DNA of 64,000 nt from Hypanus sabinus (Eukaryota), in assembly GCF_030144855.1 (NCBI RefSeq), contig NC_082730.1, positions 14,260,001-14,324,000 on the forward strand, in the 5' to 3' direction. The notes under the pieces were generated by a model, which did no database searches, was not told the origin of the DNA, and saw only the letters and a program-made list of their open reading frames with translations. Each line of letters starts with the position of its first letter. Position 1 is the first letter of the stretch. Position numbers and translations under genes: made by a program. Shown here in pieces: positions 50,201 to 61,660 of this stretch.

Positions 50201-52537
50201 GTATTTATTTATTTACTCTGTTTACTGAGATACAGTGTGGAATAGGTCTTTCCAGCCCTTTGAGCTGTACCACCTAGCAACCCTCAATTTAACCTCAGCC
50301 TAATCACAGGACAGTTTACTAACAAACTGATATATCTTTGGACTCTGGGAGGAAACCCATGCATTCCACAGGGAGGACATAGAGATCCCACACAAAAGAC
50401 ATCAGAATTGACCTTTGACACCTCAAGCTGTAATAGCATTATGGTAGCCACTACACTGCATGGTGCCCAAGGGATACTGAGATTTTTTGAGATGCCCCGA
50501 TTACTTTTATGGTTTATTTTGATTATCCTTATTTGTCTGTGTATTTCATTCCCTAACTCCATTCTTCAATAAGTTATGGATCACTTATCAGCTTTCATAC
50601 AGAATCTGTCTGCAAGGATTCATTGTTGAAGCTCCAAAGAGTTGTGTCCTTTTTTGGCAAGATTGTCTATACATCTCGCATGTGCATTGAAACATACATT
50701 GAAATGCTGTCAGGCGAGCACATGCAGGAACCTCCCAACTCCACCTGACTAATAGAATTCATCTGCCACTCATTCTAGACTCAGCCTACATAATCCTAGT
50801 TCTCATCTACAGACCTTGTTCACACATCAAACCAGGTTGCCTCCACAAGTTCTCCCTAGCCTTCAACCCCCCACCTGCTTGTTGTGTTTATTTTCTGCTC
50901 TTTCAAGTTTTGTGGCACCTCATGACTTGCTATTTTGCAGTCTATCAGTAGAGTAGCATTTACTGCTAAGTTGTCTCTCCTCCTCAATTTTGGTCAAGCC
51001 TCCTCTACGTTTCCTGCCAAATGCATCATTTTGCATCAAATCAAAAAGCAAAGATTGAGCTGGGCAGTCTGCTAGTGTTGCTATTCTTCCATTGCCAACA
51101 TAGCATGCCCTCATGCGACTATCTCTCACCCATATGCCTTGGGAATGTGGAGGACCCCGGAGCACCCAGAGGAACCCCACTCAGTCTCAGGGAGAATGGT
51201 CAAAACTCCTTACAGACAGTGGCAGGAATTGATCCCAATGGTACAGCTGACTGTTATAAATCATTGTACCATTTCAATGACATTGCATTATCCCAGACTC
51301 ATCATTACCCAACCTCATTATTACATTCCCTGCCATTTCTAAATTAATCTCCATTATCTATTGTCGCAGCATACGGTATCTGCAGTCGTGTTTCCCCAAC
51401 TACATTTCCAAATGATGATCATAGGTTATCTTTCCTCCCTCAGTCCAGCATGAGATTAATCTCCCAGCTGAACTATGCTTTTATTGCTCCACTGCACTCA
51501 TTTCACAGAGGAACCAGGAGGTAAATATTTCAAGTATCAAGGTGTCTCCTCTCCTGCCACTGATTCTGTATCTCTTCCCCTTTGTTCAGTTACATGATAT
51601 GGAAAGTGGGACGCTGGCTGTTCTTTGCTCTGCTGGGCATCTGGATTATCACTGTGACATGGTTCACGAGAGACAAAAAGGTAAGTCTAGATCAGCAGAT
51701 GCTCCTGAATGGTTTTCATGAATTAGAACATAGAACATAGAACAATACAGCACAATACATGACCTTTGGTCCATGATGTTGTGCTGGCCTCTTAAATTAC
51801 TCTAATCTTTCCTTCCTATAGAGCCTTCGACTCCTCTGTGATCCTTGCACCTTTCTGAGAGTTACTAAAATGCTGCGAATGTATCTGCCTCTACCACCAC
51901 ACCTGATGGGACATTCCATGCACCCACAGCCTCTGTGTAAAATCTTAACCCTGATGTCTCCCCAGTGTGTTCCTCCAATTAACTTAAAATTATGCCTGCT
52001 CGTATGAGACACTTTTGCCCTTGGAAAACGTCTCTGGCTAGGCACTCGATTTACGCCTCTTATCATCTAGTACACCCCCATCAAGGTGCAGTACCTCTCA
52101 TTCTCCTTTAGTCCAATTCCATTCAAATAAACTGATCATTTAAAGGGAAAAAAATCACATATGAACTCTTAACCTTTTGTCAAGACAAAGTTGCAAGAGG
52201 ATGATGTACTTTAAGCAGGTTTAAGCTGTCCATGTGTAGAATGAAGTCCAGGGCTCTACAAGAAAATATATTGGACACCGTGTTTCACACAGAATTCTGT
52301 TGCCAGGTGTCCACATGAAATGTAAATCAAAGTCAACGTGTACTTTACTGTCCAATGCACAAGCACATGTTTGCAACAGTGCAATGAGTGCAACATCACA
52401 GGTGCATAGAATCAGACAGTATTGCATGGTTCCCTGTGTCAATCAATCTGGTAATTTAATTTTTGCTTTCACAGAGATCTGATCAATTAGATCCTCACCA
52501 ATCAATCCATGAGGAAAAGAGAAGGGTCCCAGATTAA
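26167..52537 (+). CDS. Predicted 9-exon CD300/pIgR (CMRF35)-like receptor, leader-V-V-V-C2-V-stalk-TM-short tail, 651 aa if all exons are joined
   Basis: join(26167-26203, 41816-42136, 42697-43017, 43578-43898, 45526-45846, 46641-46961, 48155-48314, 51590-51680, 52475-52537) = 1956 nt. All junctions are GT-AG, phases are compatible and there are no internal stops. Exon connectivity is inferred, and an N gap lies within one intron. Confidence 0.7.
28400..29340 (+). mobile_element. L1 3' fragment, same family as 22950-23750
   Basis: ORF 28400-29176 aligns with ORF 22951-23601 (HSLIQFKIVHRYYL...CDRCKTETLTHMFWSC). Confidence 0.85.
29500..30490. mobile_element. Two CR1 fragments (minus ~29500-29960; plus ~29970-30490)
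   Basis: Minus strand WRVTNVVLLLKK...GPVRLTSAVGKLLE. Plus strand AYGMLGFINRGIEFKSREVMLQLYKSLV and LERRRMRGELIE. Confidence 0.85.
30560..31780 (-). mobile_element. Gypsy integrase remnant interrupted by a CR1 3' tail (~30790-31030)
   Basis: HLRFDKTY...YCKSCIQC...LVCMDCL...LVITDHYTRF...IYGLP (integrase zinc finger and core). (caataga)3 CR1-type tail nested within. Confidence 0.8.
32050..32730 (-). mobile_element. CR1 RT fragment
   Basis: KANVMLAFISRRLEYKIKDVKLRLYKALLRHHLEYC. Confidence 0.8.
33850..35930 (+). mobile_element. Rex1/Babar-type LINE body; its 3' tail continues at 41567-41793 after the L1 insertion
   Basis: FKRATIIAVPK...LNDYRPVALT and GCVLSLLL...YKLADDT motifs, with a 3' RRRYKSLKAR...RNSFFP motif. 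Interrupted by a solo LTR and an L1. Confidence 0.85.
34790..35603 (+). mobile_element. Solo LTR (814 bp) nested in Rex1
   Basis: TGTTA...TAACA termini and 4-bp TSD CACC (34786-34789, 35604-35607). TATA-like gtataaa near 35030 and aataaa near 35515. Confidence 0.85.
35931..41566 (+). mobile_element. Full-length but frameshifted L1-clade LINE (~5.6 kb) with TSD
   Basis: ORF1 coiled coil plus LENSSR*NNIKIVGL...IEIERPHR. ORF2 endonuclease (YSRIDFF) and RT (ALDAEKAFDRLEW, RQDCPLSPALF, LFADD). AATAAA at 41548-41553 and a short poly(A). TSD GCTTCTTCCC at 35921-35930 and 41567-41576. Confidence 0.93.
41816..42136 (+). CDS. Ig V-type domain exon V1 (CD300/pIgR family)
   Basis: 321 nt, phase 1-1, ctcctcag / gtaagt. 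TIDCHY...KYWCRGWSRQC...DTGWYSC: canonical B-F cysteines plus the extra C-C' cysteine pair typical of the pIgR/CD300/TREM family. Confidence 0.92.
42697..43017 (+). CDS. Ig V-type domain exon V2
   Basis: 321 nt, phase 1-1, intact splice sites; 5 amino-acid differences from V1. Confidence 0.9.
43578..43898 (+). CDS. Ig V-type domain exon V3
   Basis: 321 nt, phase 1-1, donor gtatgt; 16 amino-acid differences from V2. Confidence 0.9.
44700..45060 (+). mobile_element. Penelope-like element 3' fragment
   Basis: Pyrimidine-rich tract ending in agtcctgatgaag (CTGATGA at 44958-44964) and ctgctgagttcctccagc. Boundaries approximate. Confidence 0.55.
45526..45846 (+). CDS. Ig C2-like domain exon
   Basis: Acceptor cctttcccacag, donor gtgagt, 321 nt, phase 1-1. 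PLSVPVL...SVVCKSVQGSFPIQYTWY...YYCTASN, an FcR/PECAM-like C2 pattern. Confidence 0.88.
46172..46314. other. Assembly gap (143 N) in the C2-V4 intron
   Basis: Run of N. Confidence 1.
46641..46961 (+). CDS. Ig V-type domain exon V4 (divergent)
   Basis: 321 nt, phase 1-1, ctcttcag / gtaggt. SGALRAEKC...TIDCYY...KYWCRGWDQQC...DTGRYSC. Confidence 0.9.
48155..48314 (+). CDS. Ser/Thr-rich stalk exon
   Basis: Acceptor tctctttatctttacag, donor gtacaa, 160 nt, phase 1 to 2. EFKYTSETAVTTPMWTSPSKTSITKSMRTSHSETS...; NDT sequon. Confidence 0.75.
48960..49325 (+). mobile_element. CR1 RT C-terminal fragment
   Basis: QVDRVVNK...EVMLQLYKTLVHPDLEYCVQF...KLRSDLIEVYK. Confidence 0.85.
51590..51680 (+). CDS. 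Transmembrane exon with basic residues (activating-receptor type)
   Basis: Acceptor ctcttcccctttgttcag, donor gtaagt, 91 nt, phase 2 to 0 (matches the stalk exon). SYMIWKVGRWLFFALLGIWIITVTWFTRDKK. Confidence 0.85.
51720..52090 (-). mobile_element. CR1 3' end fragment
   Basis: MIRGVNRVPSQRRFPRAK...RHNFKLIGG on the minus strand and a (catagaa)n tail. Confidence 0.75.
52475..52537 (+). CDS. Short terminal cytoplasmic exon (no tyrosine motif)
   Basis: First strong acceptor after the TM exon (aatttttgctttcacag), phase 0, RSDQLDPHQSIHEEKRRVPD*. Alternative downstream acceptors exist. Confidence 0.6.
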   Translation, partial: RSDQLDPHQSIHEEKRRVPD

Positions 52538-53142
52538 GCTACCGAGGGGGTTTTGCACCAAGATTATTCATTATTCATCCCGCTTTGTGGAACTTTTAAA
52601 CAGAATTGATTTCTTGTTATTAAGTCATTAAATTGCTTTGCTGAAGGTGAAGTCAAACGAAATAATCTTCTCATGCTTCAAGATAGTGGCCTTGTTTAAT
52701 AGAAATCCACTTGCAACACTTCACCCACACTGATCTTAATATTATGACATCACCTCCTGATTTCTTGCATAAACCCAGCATCATTTTTTAAGCTTTGGAT
52801 GATCATGAACCACTCAAAATTCTTTTACTGTGTTACAACCTCTTCTCAGGCTTCAATCAGGTACATGTATTGATTAAAACTAATGCTTCGATGACAAACT
52901 CTACCAACATCTTCAGGGATCTTCCTCATCATCATTGAAGAAGATGGCAGATTTTGTCAGCAAAATGTTGGTTATAATTGATTCCTGAAACCTGAGAAAA
53001 GTTTTATTTGTCATATGCTGTGTGCCGGGAAAGCACAAGATCCCTTTTCATGTTAAAATCTGTTCAATAGATTAAAATTACTGTATTCACTGATGTTTAT
53101 TTCAGTAAGTAATTCCTAATACATTAACAAAACTGCTTGTTC

Positions 53143-53148
53143 AATAAA
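53143..53148 (+). terminator. Candidate polyadenylation signal AATAAA
   Basis: First clear AATAAA ~600 nt after the predicted stop; motif match only. Confidence 0.35.
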
Positions 53149-54589
53149 ATTTGCTTTCACAGAAAAATGTATAATTTGTTCTATTTAGAATATAATTTGA
53201 CTCATGAATTCAGGGTACTAGATTTTCCTTAAGGTGTCAGTGGTTGGAAACTATTGGATAGGGAATCAAATAATCTTCAGATCTGGCATCCCATCATAAT
53301 GATTTTATTGAAAAATATTGACCTGAAATATTAGTTTTGTTATTTCCCTCATAGTTGCTGGCTGACCTGTTGAGTTTTACCATCATCTGCAGATTTCATT
53401 TCAGGCAGCCATATATTTTCCCTATGTATTTAGGAATATCAATACACAGAAAAATACCACAATGTTATTCACATTGAGCACAATTATCGACACTGAACAA
53501 AGGTCTTAAGGACCCTGATCAATGGAAAGTAATTCCGGGTGCTGATAAAATTAAATGGACGACTTCTCACCATATGTCCTGACCATAGTCTTATCATCAC
53601 AAACATTCTCTTCCACCAGAAAAACAAATTCAAGGCATCTTTCACCGATTCTATTGTATTTCTTTGTTCTACTGTGAATGCCTGTAAGAAGATGATTCTC
53701 AGGGAGATACTTACTTTGATATTATACTTACCATGAAGTTTTTCAACTTTGATAAGGTGCATGAACACTGACCTTTCATAACAGATTTTGTAGAAATGGA
53801 GTGAGAAAGAAACACTAGCATGAACATTCACTGTACAAAGGTCTTAATGGAGAATGAGCAATGGAAAGAGCAAAATTTGGGTGCTGAATAAAAAGAGTGA
53901 GCTGCAAATTATTGCAGCTTGCGTCGGTCATCAGGGTGTGAATCTGCAAATAGAAGGTGTAACTTTTCTCAGTACCGATCTTTGACTGTCACCCATGAAT
54001 GTACAATAAAGGGTCTTGAAAATGAGAGAAGCTGAACTGCATTAGAATCAGTGTAGTATATGGTGACATATAAGCACTTTCATAATAAATTTAATTTGAA
54101 CTTTGAATTTTGAAATGCCCCATTCATGAGGAGGATTATTACATAATATTCTTCACCTGCTATGTGAGGAGGTGAAGCAGTAACATCAGAGTCTTTTTGG
54201 AGCTCTTAACCTCTTCAGCTCAGGGTTATCTGATGGGTGCTGATTAGCTGGAGATAATTCTAGATGCAGTGGTCCCTCCTGTGATTCTTGGACCTGTTAA
54301 ACCTGAGTCCATTCAGCCCATTGAGTCAGACTGTCACAATAGAGACAGCACTCTTACTGTACAATGTACAGAATTTAAGCAGGTGTACATTCAAAGCTAA
54401 TATACTGCACTGTTTTACCCTAAAACAAAGCTAACAAACCCAAAATAAAAGCTCTCCATGTATTCAGAATGATTTTGTCATTGATCGGTTTATATACTAC
54501 GTGAAATTAAGTGCTTATATACAATTGCAAAGTCAGCAACAAAAACTAAGGAAAATATAAAGTTGGCTCACCTCAACTACCATGAAATC

Positions 54590-55010
54590 AAAAGCAACAT
54601 AAAAAAAATTCTGGAGCAACTTAGCAGGTCAGGCAGCATCTATGGAAATGTACAGATAGTCAAGGTTTCAGGCCTGTCTGTTACATTCCCCTCGGATGCC
54701 TCCTTCTCCCCTTTCTCCAATGTCCACTCTACTCTCCTCTTAGATTCCTTCTCCACCCCTTGATCTTTCCCAGCAACCTTGTTTCACCAATCACCTTCCT
54801 GACAGCCTCCTTCCCCTCCCCATCTTTTTATCCAGACGTATTCTCCCTTCCTTCTCAGTCCTGAAGAAAGGTCTGAAAGGTTGCATTGAACATCTTGGCC
54901 CAAAATGTCAACTATCTGTTCAGTTCCACAGATGCTGTCAGACATGCTGAGTTCCTCCAGCATTTTCTGATGGCACTTTGGGTTTCCAGTGTCTGCCGAT
55001 CTTTTTGTGT
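54590..55010. mobile_element. Penelope-derived element with inverted ends
   Basis: ctggagcaacttagcaggtcaggcagcatc ... gatgctgtcagacatgctgagttcctccagc inverted termini; agtcctgaagaa core. Confidence 0.6.
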
Positions 55011-57031
55011 TTACAATGAAATCAAAGTTGAACAGCTAACATTTTTTAGTTAAACTTCAAGAGGGCACTGATAATTGATGAATCTATGAACAGTTCAAAT
55101 GGGAATCATTGAATATACAAGTTTTGGGCTGCTACAGTATGCCAGTGATATTGAAACTATTTCTGATTCTGCATCACTTCTCCAATATGTGAGAATTCTT
55201 ATCCCTTGCACTGAAACTCACTGCAGGCTTCATCTGCTCCGGGCATGAATCTGGATGAATCACACGTTGGCTAACATTGGAAGTTCCAACCAGGTGAACA
55301 GGGATGTAGGGAAGTTAGCAACTGAGATTCTGTGCAAAGGTTTACAGGGTCAAGGGTTAGGAAGACAATGGAGGTGAGATAGTTAAGACAGAAATGTCTT
55401 CTCTTTGGACAAGTGTGACCTGTCCATTTACTGTGCCCTGTGATTCTATGAGAAATAGAACATGCAGGGCCTTTCTACTCACACTCACCATTTTCTGTCA
55501 ACATGGAGTTGATATGGTTTAAGAACAGATCTGACATGGATCTTACCCATTGCAAACGAGCAATTCCATTCACTAGGTTTTCCCCTCACATCAAACCAAA
55601 GCAAAGTGAAATCCCATCAGGGCTCTTGAAATTGCACTGACAGATGGAATAGAATTCAGATGAGGTGAGCTTTAAAGGTTCCTTCAAAGAGCGGACACAG
55701 CTTTCAGAGAGGGGAGGGAGTGAAGTGAAATACTGTATGCTGAATTTGCATGAAAAACCCCTTCTACATCACACCTATTTCCTATTTTGCTCCTTTCTCA
55801 GTAGCAAGTTCCCCAAAACAGGTTTGATTGAATTATCACCAAGGCAGATCCAGAACAATGTACAAATCTTGCAGTGTAATTCCATAACTCATCAAAATTT
55901 GGAATAGAGTGAAATGGTAAAGTAGGTTGTGAAGAGAGCTTATGGCATTGGGACAGCATTGAGCATTCAGGAACTCATGTTGCAAATGTATAAGAATATG
56001 TTTAGGACACACTTGGGGCAGGTGTGCAGTTGTGTCTGTAAGAGCCAGAGAGCACTGGGTATTTGAATAATCAGAGTTGGTTTTGAGGTCTTACACCATT
56101 ATCAGAACAGTGCTTGAATATGGGTAGACACTAAAGATGTTGAAATCTGGAGTTCAGAGTACACTCCTGGAGGACATCAGTGAGCCAAGCAGCATTTGTT
56201 GGGGGAGGGAAATGTTGATGGTTGGGTGGAGACCCTGCATTAAGTGTGAATAGAGAGGCAGATAGAGTAAATAGGAGAGGTGGAGGTGTAAAACTGGGTC
56301 CACAAGGTAGTAGGGGACAGAGGAGTGAAGAATTAAATGGAATGGGAGGAAAAGGTATGAAGTTTGGAGGTGAGTGGGAGGTGGAAGCAGATAAGGGGAA
56401 TAGTGTGGAGTCAGGTGGGGGGAGAATATGTCCAGGTGGAGAAAATTCCTGGAAGCTGTTAAGCAGAATATTAGGTCTACCATTGCTGGAATCTGATCTT
56501 TTTCTGCAGGGATCAGTATGACGATTGACACTGTTGTCTTCAAATCTGTATCTTTGCTGGGCTATTTCAGTGGGATAATTAGTAAAGAACGTTACTTGAT
56601 CTGGAGTCAAAGGTAAACCAGGGTGGGTATGGATCAGAGACTTCTGTCTCTGAAGGGCTTTCTGATCCACACAGGATTTTGACAGTCTGGTAGATAATCA
56701 TTCCCATGATTGATATGTGTTTTTTAATTCCAGAACTAATTTTAAAATTGTATTTAAACACTCAATGTATCTTTACAGAAATTGAAATCACACCTGGATT
56801 TTTAGACACTAAAGTGGGAACGACCACTGTTACACCACCTTCTAACTACACATAGAAATATTGACAGGTACAAAATATAAAATTTTCATCAGAAACAGAG
56901 GGCATGGATGAATCATGGGGTTTTCTTTCTGCAGTTTATAAACTGGTCTGTGAGGAGGAAGTCAGGACATTGGCCTAAAGTGGTCCTACCAAACCCCACC
57001 TCAACCCTCGTGTTCCCTGGAATCCGAGACA

Positions 57032-57033
<2 letters not shown>

Positions 57034-57065
<32 letters not shown>
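57034..57065. repeat. (CA)16 microsatellite
   Basis: Direct reading. Confidence 0.95.
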
Positions 57066-57067
<2 letters not shown>

Positions 57068-57139
57068 GAGATAGCTGGTATCTTTCTGTACATTTCAATG
57101 GCTGACATGATCTGAGGTAACTGAAAATTCAACAAGACC

Positions 57140-57290
57140 ACATTCCCTCAGGAGCGCACTGGAAGGTCAGCCCTGGCTTTCTGCTCAGGACTCTGGAGTG
57201 GGAAGCGGACCCACAATGTACTGACACAGGGGAGAGAGCACTGACACAGCTGACACAGTAACAGCACTGACAGCACTTCAGACCAAAATC
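57140..57290 (-). mobile_element. SacSINE-like SINE fragment
   Basis: Minus strand cccactccagagtcctgagcag...ccagggctgac...ccagtgc..ctgaggga, resembling shark SINE heads (family assignment from recall). Confidence 0.45.
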
Positions 57291-57920
57291 ATTGGCTGAG
57301 ACATCATAGACCACTATTTTGTATACCTCTATCAAATCTCTTCTCAGTCTTCGACATTCTAAAGAATATAGTCCTCATCTAATCAATATTTTGTTAAAAT
57401 TCTGGTCCTCCAGACCTGGCCATGTCCTTGTAGTTATTTTTGTACTCTTTCAAACTTGCTAATATCTTTCCTGTATGTAGGTGACCAAAACTGGACTCAA
57501 TATGCCAAATTATGCCTCACAAATGTCTTATACAACCTCAACATAACATCACCTCTCCTGGATTTATGAAAGCCAATTTGTAAAAGCATTCTTTAGGATC
57601 CTACCTACCTGTGATGCCACTTTCAATGAATTATGAACCTGTATTCCGAGATCCCTTTGTGCTTCCACACTCCTCGGTGCCCTGCCATTCATTGCACAAG
57701 ACCTAAACTGGTTACTTCTGTGCATTACCTTCTGTCTGCTATTTCTCAGCACATTTTTCCAGCTGATGCACAGAACAACGAAAGTCCCAGCACCACACCC
57801 TCCAGCACAGCACTAGTCATCGGCCTCCAGTCAGAGAAGCAACTCTCGAATGCTTCACCCTGTCTTCTCCCGCAAAGCCAATGTCTTTTCCAATTTACTA
57901 CCTCATCCTGAATGCCAGGA
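57290..57920 (-). mobile_element. CR1 RT fragment
   Basis: WRPMTSAVLEGVVLG and RDLGIQVHNSLKVASQV...MIEVYKI on the minus strand. Confidence 0.8.
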
Positions 57921-57949
57921 TCGTTGGCCAAGATCTGCCATTGTGAATA

Positions 57950-58430
57950 CTAAACATGTATAGAATGGACAACAGATTTTTCAACATCAACTGGCTCAAG
58001 ATCAAGAATAAGGTCAACACCATCACTATCATGGAGTTTCAGTAAGCAAATGACAACACCATCACAACACATTCTGAAGAAGACTTCCAATGTATCCTGA
58101 ATGCCTTTGCCAAGGCATAAGGGGCCCACAATCTTGTTTTGAATATTAAAAAAGACACAGCTCCTATCCCAGCCACCACCTAACCAGTACTTATGCAACC
58201 CTCCATAAAAGATGATATGAACCTTAAAAATATGGACCACTTTTCCTAACTTGACAGCATTCTCTCCTCAAAAGCAAACAATGACCAGAGATCAACCGCA
58301 GCTATAGCTGTGCAAGTGTAGTCCATGCAACAGTAAGGAAAATGGTCTTTGGAATTGTGACCTACAGTTCTAAACATAACTCTTGGTCTATCAAGCATTC
58401 ATCCTTCCTACATTACTGCATGGAGCTGAA
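57950..58430 (+). mobile_element. RTE-type LINE fragment
   Basis: Degenerate LNIKKTQLL and EINRSYSCAS segments resembling RTE-BovB RT; boundaries approximate. Confidence 0.45.
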
Positions 58431-59619
58431 TGATGGGCCATGTTCAGGAACAGTTCAGCAATCCGGCTCCTGAGCCAGAGTGGGTAACTTACCTCACTCA
58501 ACCCTCAGCTAATCATTGAGCACAACCTATGGCCTCACTTTAACGGTCTCCACAACTCATATCTTAGTCTTATTTTATTTACTTAAGTCTTTAACTTTTA
58601 TTGTACTTGCAATGTTTGCCTTCCTTTGCAGTTTGGTAGTTTATCAGTCCTTGTGTGTAGTTTAGATTGATTCTGTTGCATTTCTTTCTTCTGCTGTGAA
58701 TACCTGTAAAGAAATTTAACTCAGTATAGTATATGGGGACACAGACATACTTTGATAATAAATTTGCCATGAAGTTTTTCAACTTTGAAAAGGTGCATGA
58801 TTTCTGACATTTCTTAACACATTTTGCAGAAATGGAATGAGAAAAAGCCACAGCATGAAAATTTCCAGTCACTGTGGAAATGTCTTAAAGGAGAATGAGC
58901 AATGGAAATAAACATTGGCTGCTGAATAAAATGAGTGAGCTGCAAATTATTGCAGCTTGCATTGGTCGTCAGGGCTTGAATCTGCAAATGTAAGGTGTAA
59001 CTTTTCTCAGTACTGATCTGTGACTGTAACCCATGAATGGACAATAAATGTCCATAAAAATAAGAAGATGAATTGCATTTTTGCAATTATAATTAGGTTA
59101 GTAGCTGGTGATATATATGCACTTTGATAATAAAATTAATTTGAATCTTGAACTTTGAAATGCCCCACTGAGAAGGAGGAGTATCACATTATATCCTTCA
59201 CCTGCTATGTGAGGATGCGAAATGGTAACACCAGAGTCTGTTTGGAGCTCGTGACCTCTTCAGAACAGGGTTATCTGGTGGGTGCTGATCAACTGCAGAT
59301 AATTCCAGAAACAGTGGTCCCTCTTGTGAACTTGGACCTGTTAAACCTGAGCTTGTTGATGGTCTAAGGGAAGGAACTTGCTTTGCTTTTATCTGCTGAA
59401 AAACAACAAATTTCACATCTGAAGAGAGTGAAAATAAACCTGATTCTGATTCTGAAAGAGAACCTTTCCCTGTACCAGGCAATTTCAAAGCAATTCTCAA
59501 AGTGTATAGTTAAGAACTTCAGTGCTCTTTATTCGTCTTACAAAGCCGAATTTAGGGAAGTACCAATGAATGCTTCACATAAACAACCTGCTCTATTCTC
59601 CCAGCATTGCCCAATCACT

Positions 59620-60075
59620 TCTGATCATAAGATATAGGTTGAGAATTAGGCCATTCAGCCCATTGAGCCTGTTCCTTATTCTATAATGGCTGATTTATCC
59701 CTCTCAACACCAATCTCACTGTAACTTCAGGCACCCTTTCTAATCAAAAGCCTATCTAACTCCGTTTTAAATATACCCCAATATTTTTGCCTCTACAGCC
59801 CTATGTGACAATGAATTCCACAGGTTCTGCTCCCACTGGTCAGGGACTCTCTCACCATAGGAAACATCCTCTCCACATACATGCCAATTAGGTCCTTGGC
59901 TCTTCACTATTCAATGAGAATCCTTCCCTCCTACCATTCCTCTCAACTCCAGTGTGTACAGGCCCAGAGCTGCCAAACACGCTTCATACATTGTTCTCAG
60001 GAAACTCCTCTGGACCCTCTACAATTATAGCACATCCTTTCAAAGACGAGGGGGTCAAAACTGTTTATCAAATTC
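59620..60075 (-). mobile_element. CR1 3' end fragment
   Basis: Antisense CR1 tail (cataagatatagg...gaattaggccattcagcccattgag) and RT C-terminal remnants. Confidence 0.7.
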
Positions 60076-61660
60076 CAAGTGCCATCTGACCAATACCTCA
60101 TAAAGCTGCAGTTGTTGGATAACTTCACAACAACAGAATGGAAAAAGTTACACAATCTTACTGTTGTATTTGCTGGTGTGCATGTGATTGGGATAAGGTT
60201 TAACCATGAAGCTAAAAGGCTTTTCACTTTTCTTCATCAAATTGTTATTGATTTTCAGTTATCTAGTTGTGATATAAAAATGTTTTGCTGAAGATGTTTT
60301 GATCTCTGCACTTGTTCTCATCAGCATATTTCACCTTGGTTGTGGTGAAGTTTTCCAAGAAGCGATGGTGCAATGCAGGAAGAGACCAGAAGAATTTGTC
60401 AATATATAGTGTCCATGGTTCTTCCCTATAGGCTGCTTGGCAAGATGTTAGAAAACAGAAGTGCTAACCACATCCTGACACAGATAAGAGCAGAGCCTGA
60501 AGCAATAGACTCTGCACGCATACTATACAATGCACGTTCTTGAATTACCTCAGCCCTTGCACTACAATGAAACCAGAAGCAACACATACAAAATGCTGGA
60601 GGAATTCAGCAGGTCAGGCAGAAGCTATGCAATTGAATAGTACTGTATGCTGAACGTGCATGAAAAGCCCCTCTACATCACACCTATTCCCTACTTTGCT
60701 CCTTCCTCAGCAGCAAGTTCCCCAAAACGTATTTGACTGAATTATCACAAAGACAGATCCAGAATGATGTCCAAATCTTGGAATGTAAGTCCATAACTCC
60801 CCAAAATTTGGAAAAGAGGGAAACTGTAAAGTAGTTTTGAAAGAGAGTTTATGACATTGGGGCAGCATTGAGCATTCAGGAATTCATGGTGTAAATATAT
60901 AAAAATATGGTTTGGCAACAGTTGGGTATGGTGTGCTGCTGGATTGCCACATAGCAGGAAAGATATGGAAACATTGGAGGGATTTCAGAGGTGAAGCTCA
61001 GTAGGCAAATGGATTGGGGAGGAATAGGGTTGAAGTTTAGAGGTGAGTGAGAAGTGGAAGCAGATAAGGAGGAAAGGGGAACAGTGTGGAGCCAGGTGGA
61101 GGGGTGAATATGTCTAGGTGGAGAAATCTCCTGGAGGCTGTTAAGCAGAAACATCAGGACTACCATTGCTGGAATGCGATCTATTCTGCACAGATCACGA
61201 TGACAACTAACATTATCGCCTTAAAATCAGTGTCTTCCCTGGGCCATTTCAGTGGACCAATGAGTAATGAACATGACTAGATCTGAAGTCAAAGGTAAAC
61301 CTTGGTGGATAGGGATGAGAGATTCCTGTCTCAACCATATTTCCTCAGAAAAGAGTCCGTGTATTAGATGTCCTGGGGAGTGATGACACGCTTGAATCAG
61401 AGATAAGCTTGCTGAATATAGAAATACCCATCTCGTGGATGTGTCTGAGGAACAGCAGTCTCCTACACCCCTTGCTCAGCTTCAGAACGGGTTGCAAGAT
61501 CTTCATCCAGGAACCTGTCCATCGCTCACTATCTCTGTATTAATATCAGTGGCAAAAGTTTTCCCCTCTACTGCTGCTCACTGAACCCAGTCACAATTTC
61601 ATTCTCTTCTGAAAGACATCGAACGTGTGATGGATATCTCTCAAGTTGCTGCCTTTAAGT

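Larger units (their letters stand above)
53640..61330 (+). repeat. ~5-kb degenerate segmental duplication (blocks A/B and A'/B')
   Basis: 53640-54310 is homologous to 58670-59350; 55725-56640 is homologous to 60640-61330; same order and strand. Confidence 0.8.

Noticed and set aside
56131-56670. 179-aa minus-strand ORF
   Set aside because: Low-complexity Pro/Leu/Phe-rich translation of a purine-rich Penelope-type fragment; no domain recognised.
59155-59500. ORFs in duplicated block A' on either strand
   Set aside because: Frames are not conserved between A and A' (indels and stops), so coding is unsupported.
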